DNA of 64,000 nucleotides, taken from Octopus sinensis (lineage: Eukaryota). Below, piece after piece: positions 11,991 to 28,327 of this stretch. Below the pieces are notes generated by a model. That model searched no databases, had not been told where the DNA came from, and saw only the letters and a list, made by a program, of their open reading frames with translations. Position 1 is the first letter of the stretch. Every line of letters begins with the position of its first letter. The position numbers and the translations under genes are program-made. Where the stretch lies: the NCBI RefSeq assembly GCF_006345805.1, contig NC_043003.1:30318001-30382000 (forward strand), given 5' to 3'.

Positions 11991-14900
11991 GATTGATGAT
12001 TGATTGATTGATTCTAGTTTCAGCTTATGAGCTGTGGCCATGCTGGGGCACCGCCATTTGGTGTTGCTACTTGGTTTCACTTCATGGAGGCTTTTAGCAA
12101 CTGCTATTTGGTGCATGAGAGAGTTCGATGCAGCTGCCCTCATCTGCCCCTCCTGCCCGCGTGAAGTGGTCATCTGGGACACCTGACAGGAAAGAGATCC
12201 AGCTTCATTTTAAAGACATCTGTATCCACCCCATGCAGGTCTCTCAGGTTCTTCGGGAGGATATTGAAGAGCTGTGGGCCTCGGAAGCCCAGGCTATCAC
12301 AGAATCTTGTCCTACATCTTGATGGCAGGTTTGGAGTCCTGCGTGGTGCCCAGTTCTGGCATTTGCATAACTCTCGATGCCAAAGTTCAGGACACTTCCC
12401 TCCAGGATCTTCCAGATGTATATTATGGCATATCTTTCCCGCCTACGCTCCAGAGAATATAATTTTAATCTCTTGAGTCTTTCCCAGTAGCTTACATTCT
12501 GCATAGAGGCTATCTTCTTTGTGTAGCTTCGTTGGATCGCCTCAAGTTCTGTGATCAACTTGACACTGGATGGTGACCATAGCCGAGAGCAATAGTCAAA
12601 GTGGCTTAGGACAAGTATCTTCCAGAGGACCATCATGGTTTCTTGTTCTCTTGTTCTAAAAGTTCTAAGAATCCATCCAGCCAGCCGTCTACATTTCATT
12701 GTCAGTTTAGCAACATGTACATGAAAGGTCGCGTCATCACTCATGTGAATATCCAGGTCACGCACTGATTGTGCCTCTGGGATTGCAATCCCTCCGGGTC
12801 CAGTGTATTCATTGGGTATTGCATTCAGTTTTGCATGCTGATAGTATAAAGCTTGAAACTTTTCAGCATTGAACTGCATGCTATTCTTTTCAGCCCACTT
12901 GTATATTTCGTCCAGCTCACATTGCAGGTGTTTAGTGTCCTCAGGGTTCTGTGTTGCCTGTGAAACTTTGGTATCATCTGCATAACTTGTGATCGTGGGT
13001 CTCTGCGTGGCTGAGGGCATGTCTGAGAGGGCCATTATGAACAGTAGTGGTCCCAGAACAGTGCCCTGCGGAACACCGCTCACTATTTGTGTGTTAATGG
13101 AGGTGGCCCCATTGGCTACTACCACCTGACTTCTATCCTTCAGAAAGTCATGAAGCCATTCTCCCAGTTTTCCAACTATGTTGAGATCACGCAGTTTGTG
13201 ACATATCATTCCATGATCGACTTTATCAAAGGCCTTTGCAAAGTCGAGATATATCACTTCCACATTTGAGTGGTTGAGCAGCCGTTTCAGCACCCAGTCA
13301 TAGTGTTGTAGGAGCTGAGTTAAACAGCTTCTCCCTGGTCGGAAACCATGTGGGTGTCGGGCAGCAAGTCATTCTTCAAGGAAGGTGATCAGCTTCCTTC
13401 TGACTATTCGTTCCATGACCTTGCTGATGTGTGAGGTCAGAGAGATAGGTCTATAGTTCTTGGCTTCCGCTCTGCTACCTCCTTTATGAATGGGGCATAT
13501 TTTACCTTCCTTCAGTTTTCCTGGAAGTTTGCCAGCTGCAAGGAAGCTCTGAAAGAGGAACTGCAGTGGTCTTGCTAGGACTCTCTTACATGCTTTTAGG
13601 AGGATTGCCGGGAATCCATCGGGGCCAGCTGAGTCTGTTTTCATTTCATCTATAGCCTTGGTTACATCGTCTTCCTTTATACGATGTAATCTATCGTCGC
13701 CGCCTCTGATTTTATATCTGCAGTGTTAAAAAAGTCAGTTGGATTGGTGATTTGGAGATGCCCGGGGGTGGAGTGAAAACACTCTTGAATTGCTCATTCA
13801 GTATTTCACTTACCCTCATTGGTTTTCCTGTAAGTGTGCCATCCTTTTCGAGGAGTGGCCCTATTCTACAGTGCACTGTAGCTGTTTCTTTGGCATACCT
13901 GTAGAAAGCTCTGGGGTTAGATTTATGTTTTCTATAGCCCAGGCTTCTTTGTCTGCTCTTTCTTTTTCATGGGAGAGTTGCAGACATTTTTCGATTTCCA
14001 ACAGTTTTATTTTAGGCGGGACTTTTCACTGCTTTCAACTGTTTGTTTAGGCGATTTGAAAATTTCGTACGCCGTCTCATTAAAATTTCCTCTCTCTGGG
14101 GATTTTGTTCTTGTGTACAGTGGCCTTTCTCTCTGGGATACATTTGTAGCATATGGCTTGCATTACAGACATGAATTGTTGAAGTTCACGTCGATGTCTG
14201 GCGAGGAGAGACATTTAGGCCAGTTTTGTTTGAGGATCTCTTTCTCAATTTGTTTCCAGTTGCCTTATGGTAGTTCAAGCTGGAAGATTTTGAGGGTTTC
14301 TTGTAGGCTGCATGTCCGTGCTCTCTTTTGGCCCGTACATGGTCAGCTCTATCATGTTGTGATCCGAGAGTAGTGTCGGTGTCACTTTCACATTATGGAT
14401 GAGATCCATGTCATTTGTGAAGCAGAGATCCAGTGTGTTACCTGCCCTGGTTGGTTGGAGTATTACCTGCTCCATGTACAGGGTGTTGATGAGGTTCAGG
14501 AGGGACCTCGCCTGTCCTCGTTCACATCTTGTCATTCCTGGGAGAGAAAGGCCCTCGGGCCATCTGACATTGGGCAGATTGAAGTCTCCCATAAGAAGCA
14601 CACCTATGTGTTGTTCTAATGTGGTTAGAATTTCTTCTATTTTTATAAGGCAGTCTTCAAACTTGCCCACATGGCTTGGGGCATCTGGAGGGCGATATGG
14701 CACACACAACTACATCAAGTTGCCTAATATGTACAATTAGTGTGTCACACACCGAGTTTGAGTATGACAAGAGGACCTGGGGTGTGAGGTCCTCCCGGAT
14801 GTACATAGCAACACCTCCATGACTCCTTTCTTTCCTGTCGGTCCGTAGTACAGCATACTGTGGTATGTGTAACTCCGCATCTGCTATGTCCGGTTTCAGG

Positions 14901-15362
14901 TGCGTTTCTGTAAGTGCTATGCATAAGGCTTGATTGCATGCAACAAAGTCTCTCAGGAACGGGATCTTTGTCCTGTTACTGAGTGTTTGCAGTCCTCTGA
15001 TGTTCAGTAGGAGTATCGAGGTGAGGTGTACGTTGTTGCCGGTGGTGTCCATCCTGTGTCTGTTTGCTGTGGTGGTCTGGTATATAGTGGGTAGTCCCAC
15101 CTGCGGGCTTGGGTTTGATGAAGCCAGGTCAGCTGCTGTACAATCTTTTGTGCCATGCACAAAAAAGATTGTTGCTCAGCAGCTGCTCTTTCGACAACAT
15201 CATGTTGGCTGTTTGTGGCGCGCACAACATCTGCGTACCTCCGCTTTGGGGCAGGTGGTGCATGGTCCATCCCTTTTCTTTGTGTTGATGGTTTGTCCAT
15301 CTGCCTCGTGTCTCTGTGGCAGGGTCCCCGATGGCAAAGCGGCAGCCTGCACCTCCTTTCCA
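11991..15362 (-). mobile_element. CR1/L2-group LINE copy B: ORF1 C-terminus, complete ORF2 (APE endonuclease plus RT) with small indels, 3' UTR and (AATC)n tail
   Basis: The EN start reads [28 protein letters not shown] (~15050-14800), followed by LMGDFNLP and DHNMIEL. RT motifs lie in 12244-13644. The ORF1 tail (15004-15362) overlaps the ORF2 start. Confidence 0.93.
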
Positions 15363-15830
15363 TACATATATATATACATACATGACTATATATATATATA
15401 TACATACATTATATATATAATATATACATACATATATAGATATAGACATACATACTATTATATATACATACATACATATATAATATACTACATACATATA
15501 TATATATACATACATAATATATATATACACACAATATATATATACACACATATATATAAAACACATATATATACATACATACATATATTCTACATACATA
15601 ATATATATACATACATATATATATATAGATATATACATACATATATAATATATATATATATACATACAATATATATATATAATATACATACATATATATA
15701 TATATATATATACTACATATATATATATTATATATACATACATATATATATATATATATATACATACCATATTATATATATTATATACATACATATATAT
15801 ATATTATATACATACATATATATATATTAT

Positions 15831-15861
<31 letters not shown>

Positions 15862-15998
15862 CATACATATATATATATATATATACATACATATATATAT
15901 ATATATACATACATATATATATATATATACATATATTATATATATATATATATACATACATATATATATATATATATACATACAATATATATATATAT

Positions 15999-16031
<33 letters not shown>

Positions 16032-16050
16032 CATACATATATATATATAT

Positions 16051-16085
<35 letters not shown>

Positions 16086-16106
16086 CATACATATATATAT
16101 ATATAT

Positions 16107-16137
<31 letters not shown>

Positions 16138-16182
16138 CATACATATATATATATATACATACATATATATATATATACATAC

Positions 16183-16219
<37 letters not shown>

Positions 16220-16801
16220 CATACATATATATATATATATATACATTATATTATATATATATACTATATATATATTATAACATATACATATATATATATA
16301 TATACATACATATATATATATAACATACATATATATATATATATACATACATATATATATTATATACATACATATATATATATATACATACATATATATA
16401 TATAACATACATATATATACATACATACATATATACATACATACATACATACATATATATATATATATATTACATACATATATATACATATACATATACA
16501 TACATATATAACATATACATACATATATATATATATATATACATACATATATATACATATACATACATATATATATATATATATACATACATATATATAC
16601 ATATACATACATATATATATATATATATACATACATATATATATATACATATACAAACATATATATATATACATATACAAACATATATATATATACATAT
16701 ACAAACATATATATATATACATATACAAACATATATATATATATATACATATACATACATATATATATATATATAATATACATACATATATATATACATA
16801 C

Positions 16802-16832
<31 letters not shown>

Positions 16833-17425
16833 CATATACATACATATATATATACATATACATACAATATATATACATATACATACATATATATATATAT
16901 ACATATACATACTATATATATATATATATATACATATACATACATATATATTACATATACATACATATTATATATATATACATATACATCCATATATATA
17001 TATATACATATACATCCATATAATATATATATATACATAACATCCATATATATATATATACATACATACATATATATATATATACATATACATACATATA
17101 TATATATACATATACATACATATATATATATACATATACATACATATATATATATACATATACATACATATACATACATATATATATATACATACATATA
17201 CATATATATATATACATACATATACATATACATACATATATATATATATATACATATACATATACATACATATATATAATATAAATATACAATATATACA
17301 TATACATATATATACATATAATACATATATATATATATACATACATATACAGATATATACATATACATATATATAACATATACATACATATATATATATA
17401 ACATACATATATAATATATACATAC

Positions 17426-17460
<35 letters not shown>

Positions 17461-17822
17461 CATACATATATATATATATATATACATAAATATATATATA
17501 TATAATATTACATACATATATATATATATACATATACATACATATATATATATATACATATACATACAATATATATATATATACATACATATACATACAT
17601 ATATATATATACATATCATATACATACATATATATATATACATATACAATATATACATATACATTACATATACATAATATATATATATACATATACATAT
17701 ATATACATATAATACATATATATATTACATATACATATATATACATATACATACATATATATAATATATATACATACATATATATATATATACATAATAT
17801 ATATATATACATACATACATAT
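15363..17822. repeat. (TA)n/(TACA)n microsatellite tract
   Basis: Direct inspection. Confidence 0.95.
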
Positions 17823-20367
17823 GATTGATTGATTGATTGATTGATTGAGTTTCAGCTTATGAGCTGTGGCCATGCTGGGGCACCGCCATTTGGTTGTGCT
17901 ACTTGGTTTCACTTCATGGAGGCTTTCTAGCAACTGCTATTTGGTGCATGAGAGAGTTCGATGCAGCTGCCCTCATCTGCCCCTCCTGCCGTGAAGTGAA
18001 GTTGGTCATCTGGGACCCTGACAGGAAGAGATCCAGCTTCATTTTAAAGACATCTGTATCCACCCCATGCAGGTCTCTCAGGTTCTTCGGGAGGATATTG
18101 AAGAGCTGTGGGCTCGGAAAGCCCAGGCTATCCAGAATCTTGTCCTACATCTTGATGGCAGGTTGGAGTCCTAGGCACCACGCAGTGGCGCCCAGTTCTG
18201 GCATTTGCGTAACTCTCGATGCCAAAGTTCAAGACACTTCCCTCCAGGATCTTCCAGATGTATATTATGGCATATCTTTCCCGCCTACGCTCCAGGGAAT
18301 ATAATTTTAATCTCTTGAGTCTTTCCCAGTAGCTTACATTCTGCATAGAGGCTATCTTCTTTTGTGTAGCTTCGTTGGGTCGCCTCAAGTTCTGTGATCA
18401 ACTGACACTGGATGGTGACCATAGCTGAGAGCAATAGTCAAAGTGGCTTAGGACAAGTGTCTTCCAGAGGACCATCATGGTTTCTTGTTCTCTTGTTCTA
18501 AAGGTTCTAAGAATCCATCCAGCCAGCCGTCTACATTTCAGTGTCAGTTTAGCAACATGTACATGAAAGGTCGCGTCATCACTCATGTGAATACCCAGGT
18601 CACGCACTGATTGTGCCTCTGGGATTGCAATCCTACTCCGGTGTCCAGTGTAGTTGGGTATTGCATTCAGTTTTGCATGCTGATAGTATAAAGCTTGAAA
18701 ACTTTCCAGCATTGAACTGCATGCTATTCTTTTCAGCCCACTTGTATATTTCGTCCAGCTCACATTGCAGGTGTTAGTGTCCTCAGGGTTCTGTATTGCC
18801 TGTGAAACTTTTGTATCATCTGCATAACTTGTGATCGTGGCTCTCTGCGTGCTGAGGGCATGTCTGAGAGGGCCATTATGAACAGTAGTGGTCCAGAACA
18901 GTGCCTGCGGAACACCGCTCACTATTTGTGTGTTAATGGGAGGTGGCCCCATGGCTACTACCACCTGACTTCTATCCTTCAGAAAGTCATGAAGCCATTC
19001 TCCCAGTTTTCCAACTATGTTGAGATCACGCAGTTTGTGACATATCATTCCATGATCGACTTTATCAAAGGCCTTTGCAAAGTCGAGATATATCACTTCC
19101 ACATTTGAGTGGTTGAGCAGCCGTTTCAGCACCCAGTCATAGTGTTGTAGGAGCTGAGTTAAACAGCTTCTCCCTGGTCGGAAACCATGTTGGGTGTCGG
19201 GCAGCAAGTCATTCTCTTCAAGAAGGTGATCAGCTTCCTTCTGACTATTCGTTCCATGACCTTGCTGATGTGTGAGGTCAGAGAGATAGGTCTATAGTTC
19301 TTGGCTTCCGCTCTGCTACCTCCTTTATGAATGGGGCATATTTACCTTCCTTCAGTTTTCCTGGAAGTTTGCCAGCTGCAAGGAAGCTCTGAAAGAGGAA
19401 CTGCAGTGGTCTTGCTAGGACTCTCTTACATGCTTTTAGGAGGATTGCCGGGAATCCATCGGGGCCAGTAGCTGAGTCTGTTTTCATTTCATCTATAGCC
19501 TTGGTTACATCTTCTTCCTTTATATCGATGTAATCTATCGTCGCCGCCTCTGATTTTATATCTGCAGTGTTAAAAAAGTCAGTTGGATTGGTGATTTGGA
19601 GATGCCCAAGGGGTGGAGTGAAAACACTCTTGAATTGCTCATTCAGTATTTCACTTACCCTCATTGGTTTTCCTGTAAGTGTGCCATCCTTTTCGAGGAG
19701 TGGCCCTATTCTTACAGTGCACTGTAGCTGTTCTTTGGCATACCTGTAGAAAGCTCTGGGGTTAGATTTTATGTTTTCTATAGCCCAGGCTTCTCTGTCT
19801 GCTCTTTCTTTTTCATGGGAGAGTGCAGACATTTTTCGATTTCCAACAGTTTTTTTTTTAGGCGGGACTTTTCACTGCTTTCAATCTGTTTGTTTAGGCG
19901 ATTTGAAAATTTCGTACGCCGTCTCATAAAAATTTTCCTCTCTCTGGGGATTTTGTTCTTGTGTACAGTGGCCTTCTCTCTGGGACACATTTGTAGCATA
20001 TGGCTTGCATTACAGACATGAATTGTTGAAGTTTCACGTCGATGTCTGGCGAGGAGAGACATTTAGGCCAGTTTTGTTTGAGGATCTCTTTCTCAATGTT
20101 TCCAGTTTGCCTTATGGTAGTTCAAGCTGGAAAGATTTTGAGGGTTTCTTGTAGGGCTGCATGTCCGTGCTCTCTTTTGGCCCGTACATGGTCAGCTCTA
20201 TCATGTTGTGATCCGAGAGTAGTGTCGGTGTCACTTTCACATTATGGATGAGATCCATGTCATTGTGAAGCAGAGATCCAGTGGTTTCCTGCCCTGGTTG
20301 GTTGGAGTATTACTGCTCCATGTACAGGGTGTTGATGAGGTTCAGGAGGGACCTCGCCTGTCCTCGT
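17823..20367 (-). mobile_element. CR1/L2-group LINE copy C, near-identical to copy B, 5'-truncated in the endonuclease, many 1-nt indels
   Basis: Shares B-type substitutions (e.g. tggcttccgctctg, where copy A has tggcctccgctctg). Same 3' UTR and (AATC)n tail. Confidence 0.9.
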
Positions 20368-22984
20368 ATATATATAATACATACATATACAGATACATAC
20401 ATAGATATATATAAACATATAGATACATATACATACAGAAGATATATTACAAATATATATATATACAGATAACAGACATAGAATAGATACAGACATATAT
20501 ATATTATCCATATACATACAGATATATATATAGACATACAGAGAATATACATATACATACATATATAGATATATACATACATATATATAGATACATACAT
20601 AGAATATATATACAGAAATATATATATATATATATACATACATATATATGATATAGGACAGACATATATATATAGATATATACATACATATATATAGAGA
20701 TATATACATACATATATATATGAGATACATAATTAATATAAGAGTATGACATACATACATATTATATATATATACAGACATATAGATATGATACAGACAT
20801 ATATATATAGATACATTACATATAGAGAGATTACATAATATATAGATATATAGATATACATTCATATATATATATATAGATACATACATTATATATATAT
20901 AGATATATACATACAGATATATATATAGGATATACATACATATAGATTATATACAGACATAGATATATAGGATAGAGAAATACATATATATAGAGATATA
21001 TACATACATATAGATATAGATACATACAGATATAGATAGAGAGATACAGACCTCGGATATATAATATACATATTTACCATATATAGATAAGACAGAATAT
21101 AGAGATATATACAACGAGATAGATATATACATACATATATATATTATACTACAGATATATATACATACATAGATATATATACATACATATATATAGTAAT
21201 ACATATACATATATATAGACATAATCATATAGATATAGACTACATATAGTAGTATAGACATACAGATATATACATACAGAGATAGAATAGATATAATACA
21301 TATATAGATAGATACATAGATATAGAGATATAGACATACAGAGATATATATTAGTACATAATATATATATATATACAGACATAGATAGACATACAGTAGA
21401 TATAGATGATACATAACATATAGATAGATACTAAATATAGATATACATACATATAGATATAGAACATACATATAGATATAATACATACAGACAGATATAA
21501 TAGATAGACATACATAGAATATTAAGAAATACAAATATATATAACATACATATGAATATAGATAGACATAATAGTATATATATATACAACATATATAGAT
21601 ATATATACATACATATATATGATATATAACAGACATATATTATAGATATATACAACATATAGATATATACATACATACATAGAATATATATACATACAGA
21701 TATATAATAGATATATAATACATATATAGAGATAAGTACAGACATATATAGAATAACATACATAGAAGATATAGAATACATACATTAGATATATATATAC
21801 ATACATATATACGATACATACAGAAGATATACATAGATACAGACATATATATACATAGAGACAGACATATATATACATAGATACATATATAGATATAGAT
21901 ATAGACAGACATATAGAATTATATATACATACATAATAGATATATATGATAGATAGATATATATAGATATAGAAAATAGATATATACATATATATAGACA
22001 TATATATATACAGATAGATATATATATATACATAGAGATATATATATAGAATATACAGATATATCTATATATATATAGATATGATATACATATAATATAT
22101 ACATTATATATAATATAGATAGATACATATATATATATATATATACATAATATAAGATATATATATATATACAGAAGATATATATATATATAGATATATG
22201 ACATAGGATATATATATATATACTGATATATATATATAGATATATATACATAGATATATATATATATATATACAGTATATAGATGAGATAGATATATACA
22301 TATAAGAGATATAATAGATATAATATAGATACATATATATAGACTATACCATATATATATACAGATATATAGATGACATATATATATAGATAGAGATAAC
22401 ATATAGATATAGATATATATATATACATATATATAATATATATACACATATATATATAATATACAGATATATATATAGATATATATAGATATATATATAT
22501 ATACAGATATATATATATATGAGAGAACATAGATGCTATAGATATATATATATAGATAGACATAGATATATATATCATATATTATACATTATATATATAG
22601 ATATAGACATATATATATAGATACATATATATTAGATACATATATACATTATACATAGATATATACATCTAGATATATATATATCTACATTAGATAACAG
22701 ATAAATATATACATATAGATATATTATTATATACGATATATAGAGATATAGATATATACATATATAGATATATATAGATGATACCTAGATATATATAGTA
22801 TAGATACATAAGAATATAGAGATATATATATATAGATATAGAATAGATAGATAGGTTTATAATAGATATATACAGATAGATATATAGGAATAGATGATAT
22901 ACATATATATCTATACAGATACATATATGATAAGAGAGCAAAGTATATATATATAGATACATAATATCTAATATATATAGATAC

Positions 22985-23017
<33 letters not shown>

Positions 23018-24252
23018 GATATACAGAGCATATATATATCTATACATAATATATATAGATATATACACATATATATATATATAGATACACATATATATAT
23101 ATATATTACATAAGATATATATATATATACATATATATATAATACAGATATATAGATATATATATAACATATATATATATACAATATAGATAGATACATA
23201 TATATATGAATATATATAGATATAGATACATATAGATATATATTCATATATATATATACATAATATATATATACACTATATATAGATACATATATATATA
23301 TACATATAGATAGATATACATAGATATCTAGACATATATAGATATATACATATATATATATACATAGATATATAGTACATATATATATATAACAGATATA
23401 TAGATACAGATATATATATTAATAGAATATACATATATATATATATACATATATAGATCTACATTATAGATATATCTATATATATAACATATACAGGATA
23501 ATAGATAGACTATATATATAGATATATATATAACGATAGATATATACTTATAAATATATACCGATACATAGATATAGATAGACATATATGATATATATAT
23601 ATATATATAACAGATATATATATATATATATATATATACATCGATATATAGTAGATATATATACTATATACATATATAGATATATATATATATAGATAGA
23701 GTACATATCGATATATATATATTATAGAATATATATATATATAATATATATATATATAGATATATATATTACATCATAGAGATACATATATATATTCTAC
23801 ATATACTACATAGATATATATATAGATATATATAGACATATACATATAGATATATATACATATACATACATATTATACATATACATACTAATATATATTA
23901 GGATACATACATAATATACATATACAGACATATATATATATAGATACATACATATATATATTATACCTACATATATATATATATACATACATACAGATAT
24001 ATAGAGATATACATACATATAGTATTATATACATACATACATATATATATATATACATACATATAGATATATAATACATACATAATATATAGAAGACATA
24101 TATATATATACATACATATATATATATACATACATATATATAGATACATACATATATATATATACATAAAATATAATTATATACTACATATATGATATAT
24201 ACATACATATAGATATATATACATACATATATATATATATACATACATATAG

Positions 24253-24283
<31 letters not shown>

Positions 24284-24463
24284 CATATATATATACATAC
24301 ATATAGATATATATACATACATATATATAATATAACATACTATATATATATACATATAGAATACAGATAGATATAATATATACATATATATATATAGATA
24401 CATACATATATATATATACATACATATATATATATACATACATACATATATAGATATATATAC

Positions 24464-24495
<32 letters not shown>

Positions 24496-24920
24496 TATAT
24501 ATACATACATATATATTATATATACATACAATATATATATACATACATATATATATATATCTTACATATATATATATTACATATAATATAATATATACAT
24601 ACATATATATATATATACATACATATATGTAGATACATACATATATAAATAACATATATATACATACATATATGTATAACATACATATATATACATACAT
24701 ATAGTATATACATACATACATATACATACATATATATACATACATATATGTATATACATACATATATATATACATACATTATGTATATACATACATACAT
24801 ATATGTATATACATACTACATATACATACATATATGTATATACATACATACATATTACATACATATATGTATATACATACATACATATATGTATATACAT
24901 ACATACATATATGTATATAC

Positions 24921-24954
<34 letters not shown>

Positions 24955-25197
24955 ATACATATATATATATACATATATATATATACGTACATATATATAT
25001 ATACATATATATACACATATATATATACATATACATACATATATATACACACACACATATATACACACACACACATATATATATGTACGTACATACATAT
25101 ATATACATACGTACTTACATACATACACACGTATGTACATACATACATACACACGTACACACATACGTACGTACATACATACATACATATATATATA
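20368..25197. repeat. ~4.8 kb degenerate (TA)n/(TAGA)/(TACA) tract
   Basis: Only low-complexity sequence, with irregular A/G substitutions at 20.4-24 kb. Confidence 0.95.
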
Positions 25198-26115
25198 CGA
25201 ATAGCCTGGACAAAATTTAGAAAGCTTCTACCTCTACTGATGACAAAGGGCCTCTCGCTCAGAGTGAAAGGTAGATTGTACAATGTATGTGTGCAAACTG
25301 CCATACTTCACAGCAGTGAAACAGGGGCCATAACTGTGTAGGCTCGAAAGAAATGAAGCTAGCATGATCTGCTGGATGTGTAATATCAGTGTGCACACAT
25401 GAGAGACTGTAAATGCCCTGAGAGAAATGTTGGACATAAGAAGCATTGGATGTGGCATACAAGAGAGATGTCTGCGCTGGTATGGTCATGTACTATGGAT
25501 GGATGAGGAGAGATGTGTGAACAAGTGCCACTCACAAACAGTTGAAGGAATCCGGGGTAGAGGTAGACCCAGGAAGACATGGGATGAGGTGGTCAAGCAT
25601 GACCTTTGAACGTTGGGCCTTACGGAGGCAATGACGAAAGATCGAGACCTCTGGAGATATGCTGTGACTGCGAAGACCCGACAAATAATGTGAGTTCATG
25701 GCTGTTTCACATAGAAGCCCCAGCCCATCCAAAGTGCCTTGGATCACAGGACGGCCTGCTGTGCTTACCTTGGATCATAGAGTGACCTGCTGTGCTTGAG
25801 GAGACCTATTAAGTCAAGTACATCAACATCAAAAAATCAAATGGAAATTGTAGTTGCAATACTTGTGCCGGTGGCACATAAAAAGCACCAACCAATCGAG
25901 GCCGTTGCCAGCCTACCCTGGCACCTGTGTCGGTGGCACATAAAAGGCTCCCACTACACTCACAGAGTGATTGGCATTAGAAAAGGCATCCAGCTGTAGA
26001 AACAGTGCCAGATCAGACAGGAGCTTGGTGCAGCCTCCTGGCTTCCCAAACCCCGGTCGAACCATCCAACACATGCTAGCATGGAAAACGGACGTTAAAC
26101 GATGATGATGATGAT
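25198..26115 (+). mobile_element. RTE-clade LINE, 5'-truncated (RT C-terminus, 3' UTR and (GAT)n tail)
   Basis: [23 protein letters not shown] and LRWYGHV..GRGRPRKTWDEVV are typical RTE C-terminal motifs. It ends ggacgttaaacgatgatgatg. Confidence 0.9.
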
Positions 26116-26151
26116 ATATACATATATATATATATATACATATGCATACAT

Positions 26152-26196
<45 letters not shown>

Positions 26197-26210
26197 CACA
26201 CATACATATA

Positions 26211-27490
26211 CAGGGTGTCTCAATAATATGCATACACACTTTTAATACCTATAAAGGCAATAATTATTAGTATACATAGGTTTTTTTTTTATAAGTATTA
26301 TGATCTACAAACATAATTGAAACACATTTAAATACCCGAAAATAATTTATATTCAACAATTTATACAAAGCAGAATCCCTTTTAATACAATTTGTTAAGG
26401 ATTTTGTAATCGTCTGTTTTCAAACTGATATCCATTCTGATCCAGACATTTTTGTCAACTGGAAGTGATAGAATTAATAACAGCTAGTTAGTTACTTGAG
26501 TGCATTCGTTTTCATTGCCATCTCTCAGTTCAGCAGTTGTTGTTGGTGTCGTAGCATACACTTTATCTTTTAAGTATCCCCATAAGAAAAAATCTAAAGT
26601 GAGTCTGGTGAATGAGGAAGGTATTTTACAAAAGCTCTTCTTCCAATCTACCAGGGTGGCAAGATTTCATTAAGGTAGGACTGTACATCACGATGGCAGT
26701 GTGGTGGTGCTTCACCTTTCAACACATTTCTAATGCTTGAAATGATAGACTGTTGCAGCATTATCAAGTAAATGAGACCAGTCACTGTAGCATCAAAAAG
26801 GAATGTTCCAATTAATCCTCTGGATGTAGTAGCACACCAAACTGTACTTCCTGGTAAATTAACTTCTTGTTCCACTGTAACATGCAAATTTGAGCCCCCC
26901 CCCGCCCAAATGAACAGTTGTGACAAACCATTTAATTTAAATGTAACTTCATCACTCCACACTTTTGTCGCAAAATGTGCATCTTCTGAGCATTTTGCCA
27001 AGTACTAAGCATGGGTGAATGTAGGGATATAACTTTCCCATTCCTAGTAATTTAAAATGGACAGATGCACTTGAAATCCCCATGTCTCAGCTTGCATGCC
27101 GCAAAGATTTTTGGGACTACTTTGAAAATTTTCCTTTACCATTTCTTCCTTTATGGGGATCTTTGATGTCCATGGTCTTCCAGAATGGTTCTTATGCACA
27201 TCCTGCACTGTTCCATCAGATTCAACCTTATTAAAGATTTGAGAGATGGTTACACGCATAGGTGGATTCTGAATGAAATTGTCTTTTATAATGTCTTTGG
27301 ACTTAAACTGTTTTCATATTTCCAATAGCGTTTTAGGATGAATGTCCTTTGTTCAAAGCTAATGCATCATGCCATCGCCTATTCTTATAGACATATCTGA
27401 AAATAAAATAAAAAGTATTTGAGTTATCTACTAATAATTATTGCCTTTATAGGAATTCAAAGTGTGTATATATTTTATAGACACACCCTA
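26211..27490 (-). mobile_element. Degraded Tc1/mariner-superfamily DNA transposon (DUF4817-HTH type)
   Basis: ~33-bp imperfect TIRs (cagggtgtctcaataatatgcatacacacttt / aaagtgtgtatatattttatagacacacccta) flanked by TA. Peptides: [42 protein letters not shown] and GEAPPH. Confidence 0.8.
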
Positions 27491-27735
27491 TATCTATATT
27501 TGTGTGTATGTAGAAACACACACACACACATATTTACACATATGTATACACACACATATATATGAATATAAATATACATATATACATATCTATATACACA
27601 CGCACATATGAATATAAATATATATACATATGTATATATACATATAAACACAAACATGTATATATATATAGACATAAATATATACAATATAAATATATAT
27701 ACATATATAAACATATATATATATATGTGTGTGTG

Positions 27736-27778
<43 letters not shown>

Positions 27779-27893
27779 ATATATGAATATATAGCTGAAA
27801 AAATATATATGCATAGATATAAATATCAATATCAATATATATACATTTATATATGAATATCAATATATATATATACATTTATACATGAATATG

Positions 27894-27925
<32 letters not shown>
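27491..27925. repeat. (TA)n-rich microsatellite
   Basis: Direct inspection. Confidence 0.9.
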
Positions 27926-27928
<3 letters not shown>

Positions 27929-28060
27929 AAAAGGTTAAAATTAATTAATCATTTGATTAATTAATAATTAATAATTTTACCAAATAGATTGGTACGTTAA
28001 AATAACCTTTTCAGGTAAAATTATATAAATATTCTATAATTATAAACATAATTATAATTA

Positions 28061-28217
28061 GGGGTCAGCTAATTGCTTCACCACACACCAAATTTAGAGA
28101 TTGGAGTTAAAATTCCTTTTCTGCTACCATAAAGATCTCCCCATATAGTAACACACTTTTTGGCAAAATGGAAAAATAACAAATCCACAGGACAACATAT
28201 GTAGCTATTCTGACCCC
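28061..28217. mobile_element. Small MITE
   Basis: Inverted ends ggggtcag / ctgacccc, each flanked by TA. Confidence 0.5.
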
Positions 28218-28327
28218 TAATAATAATAATGTTTATAATTATAGAATATTTGTGTATGTATGTATGTGTATATATGTACATGTATTAATATAAATGTGTG
28301 TGTGTGTGTGTATATATATATATGGAT

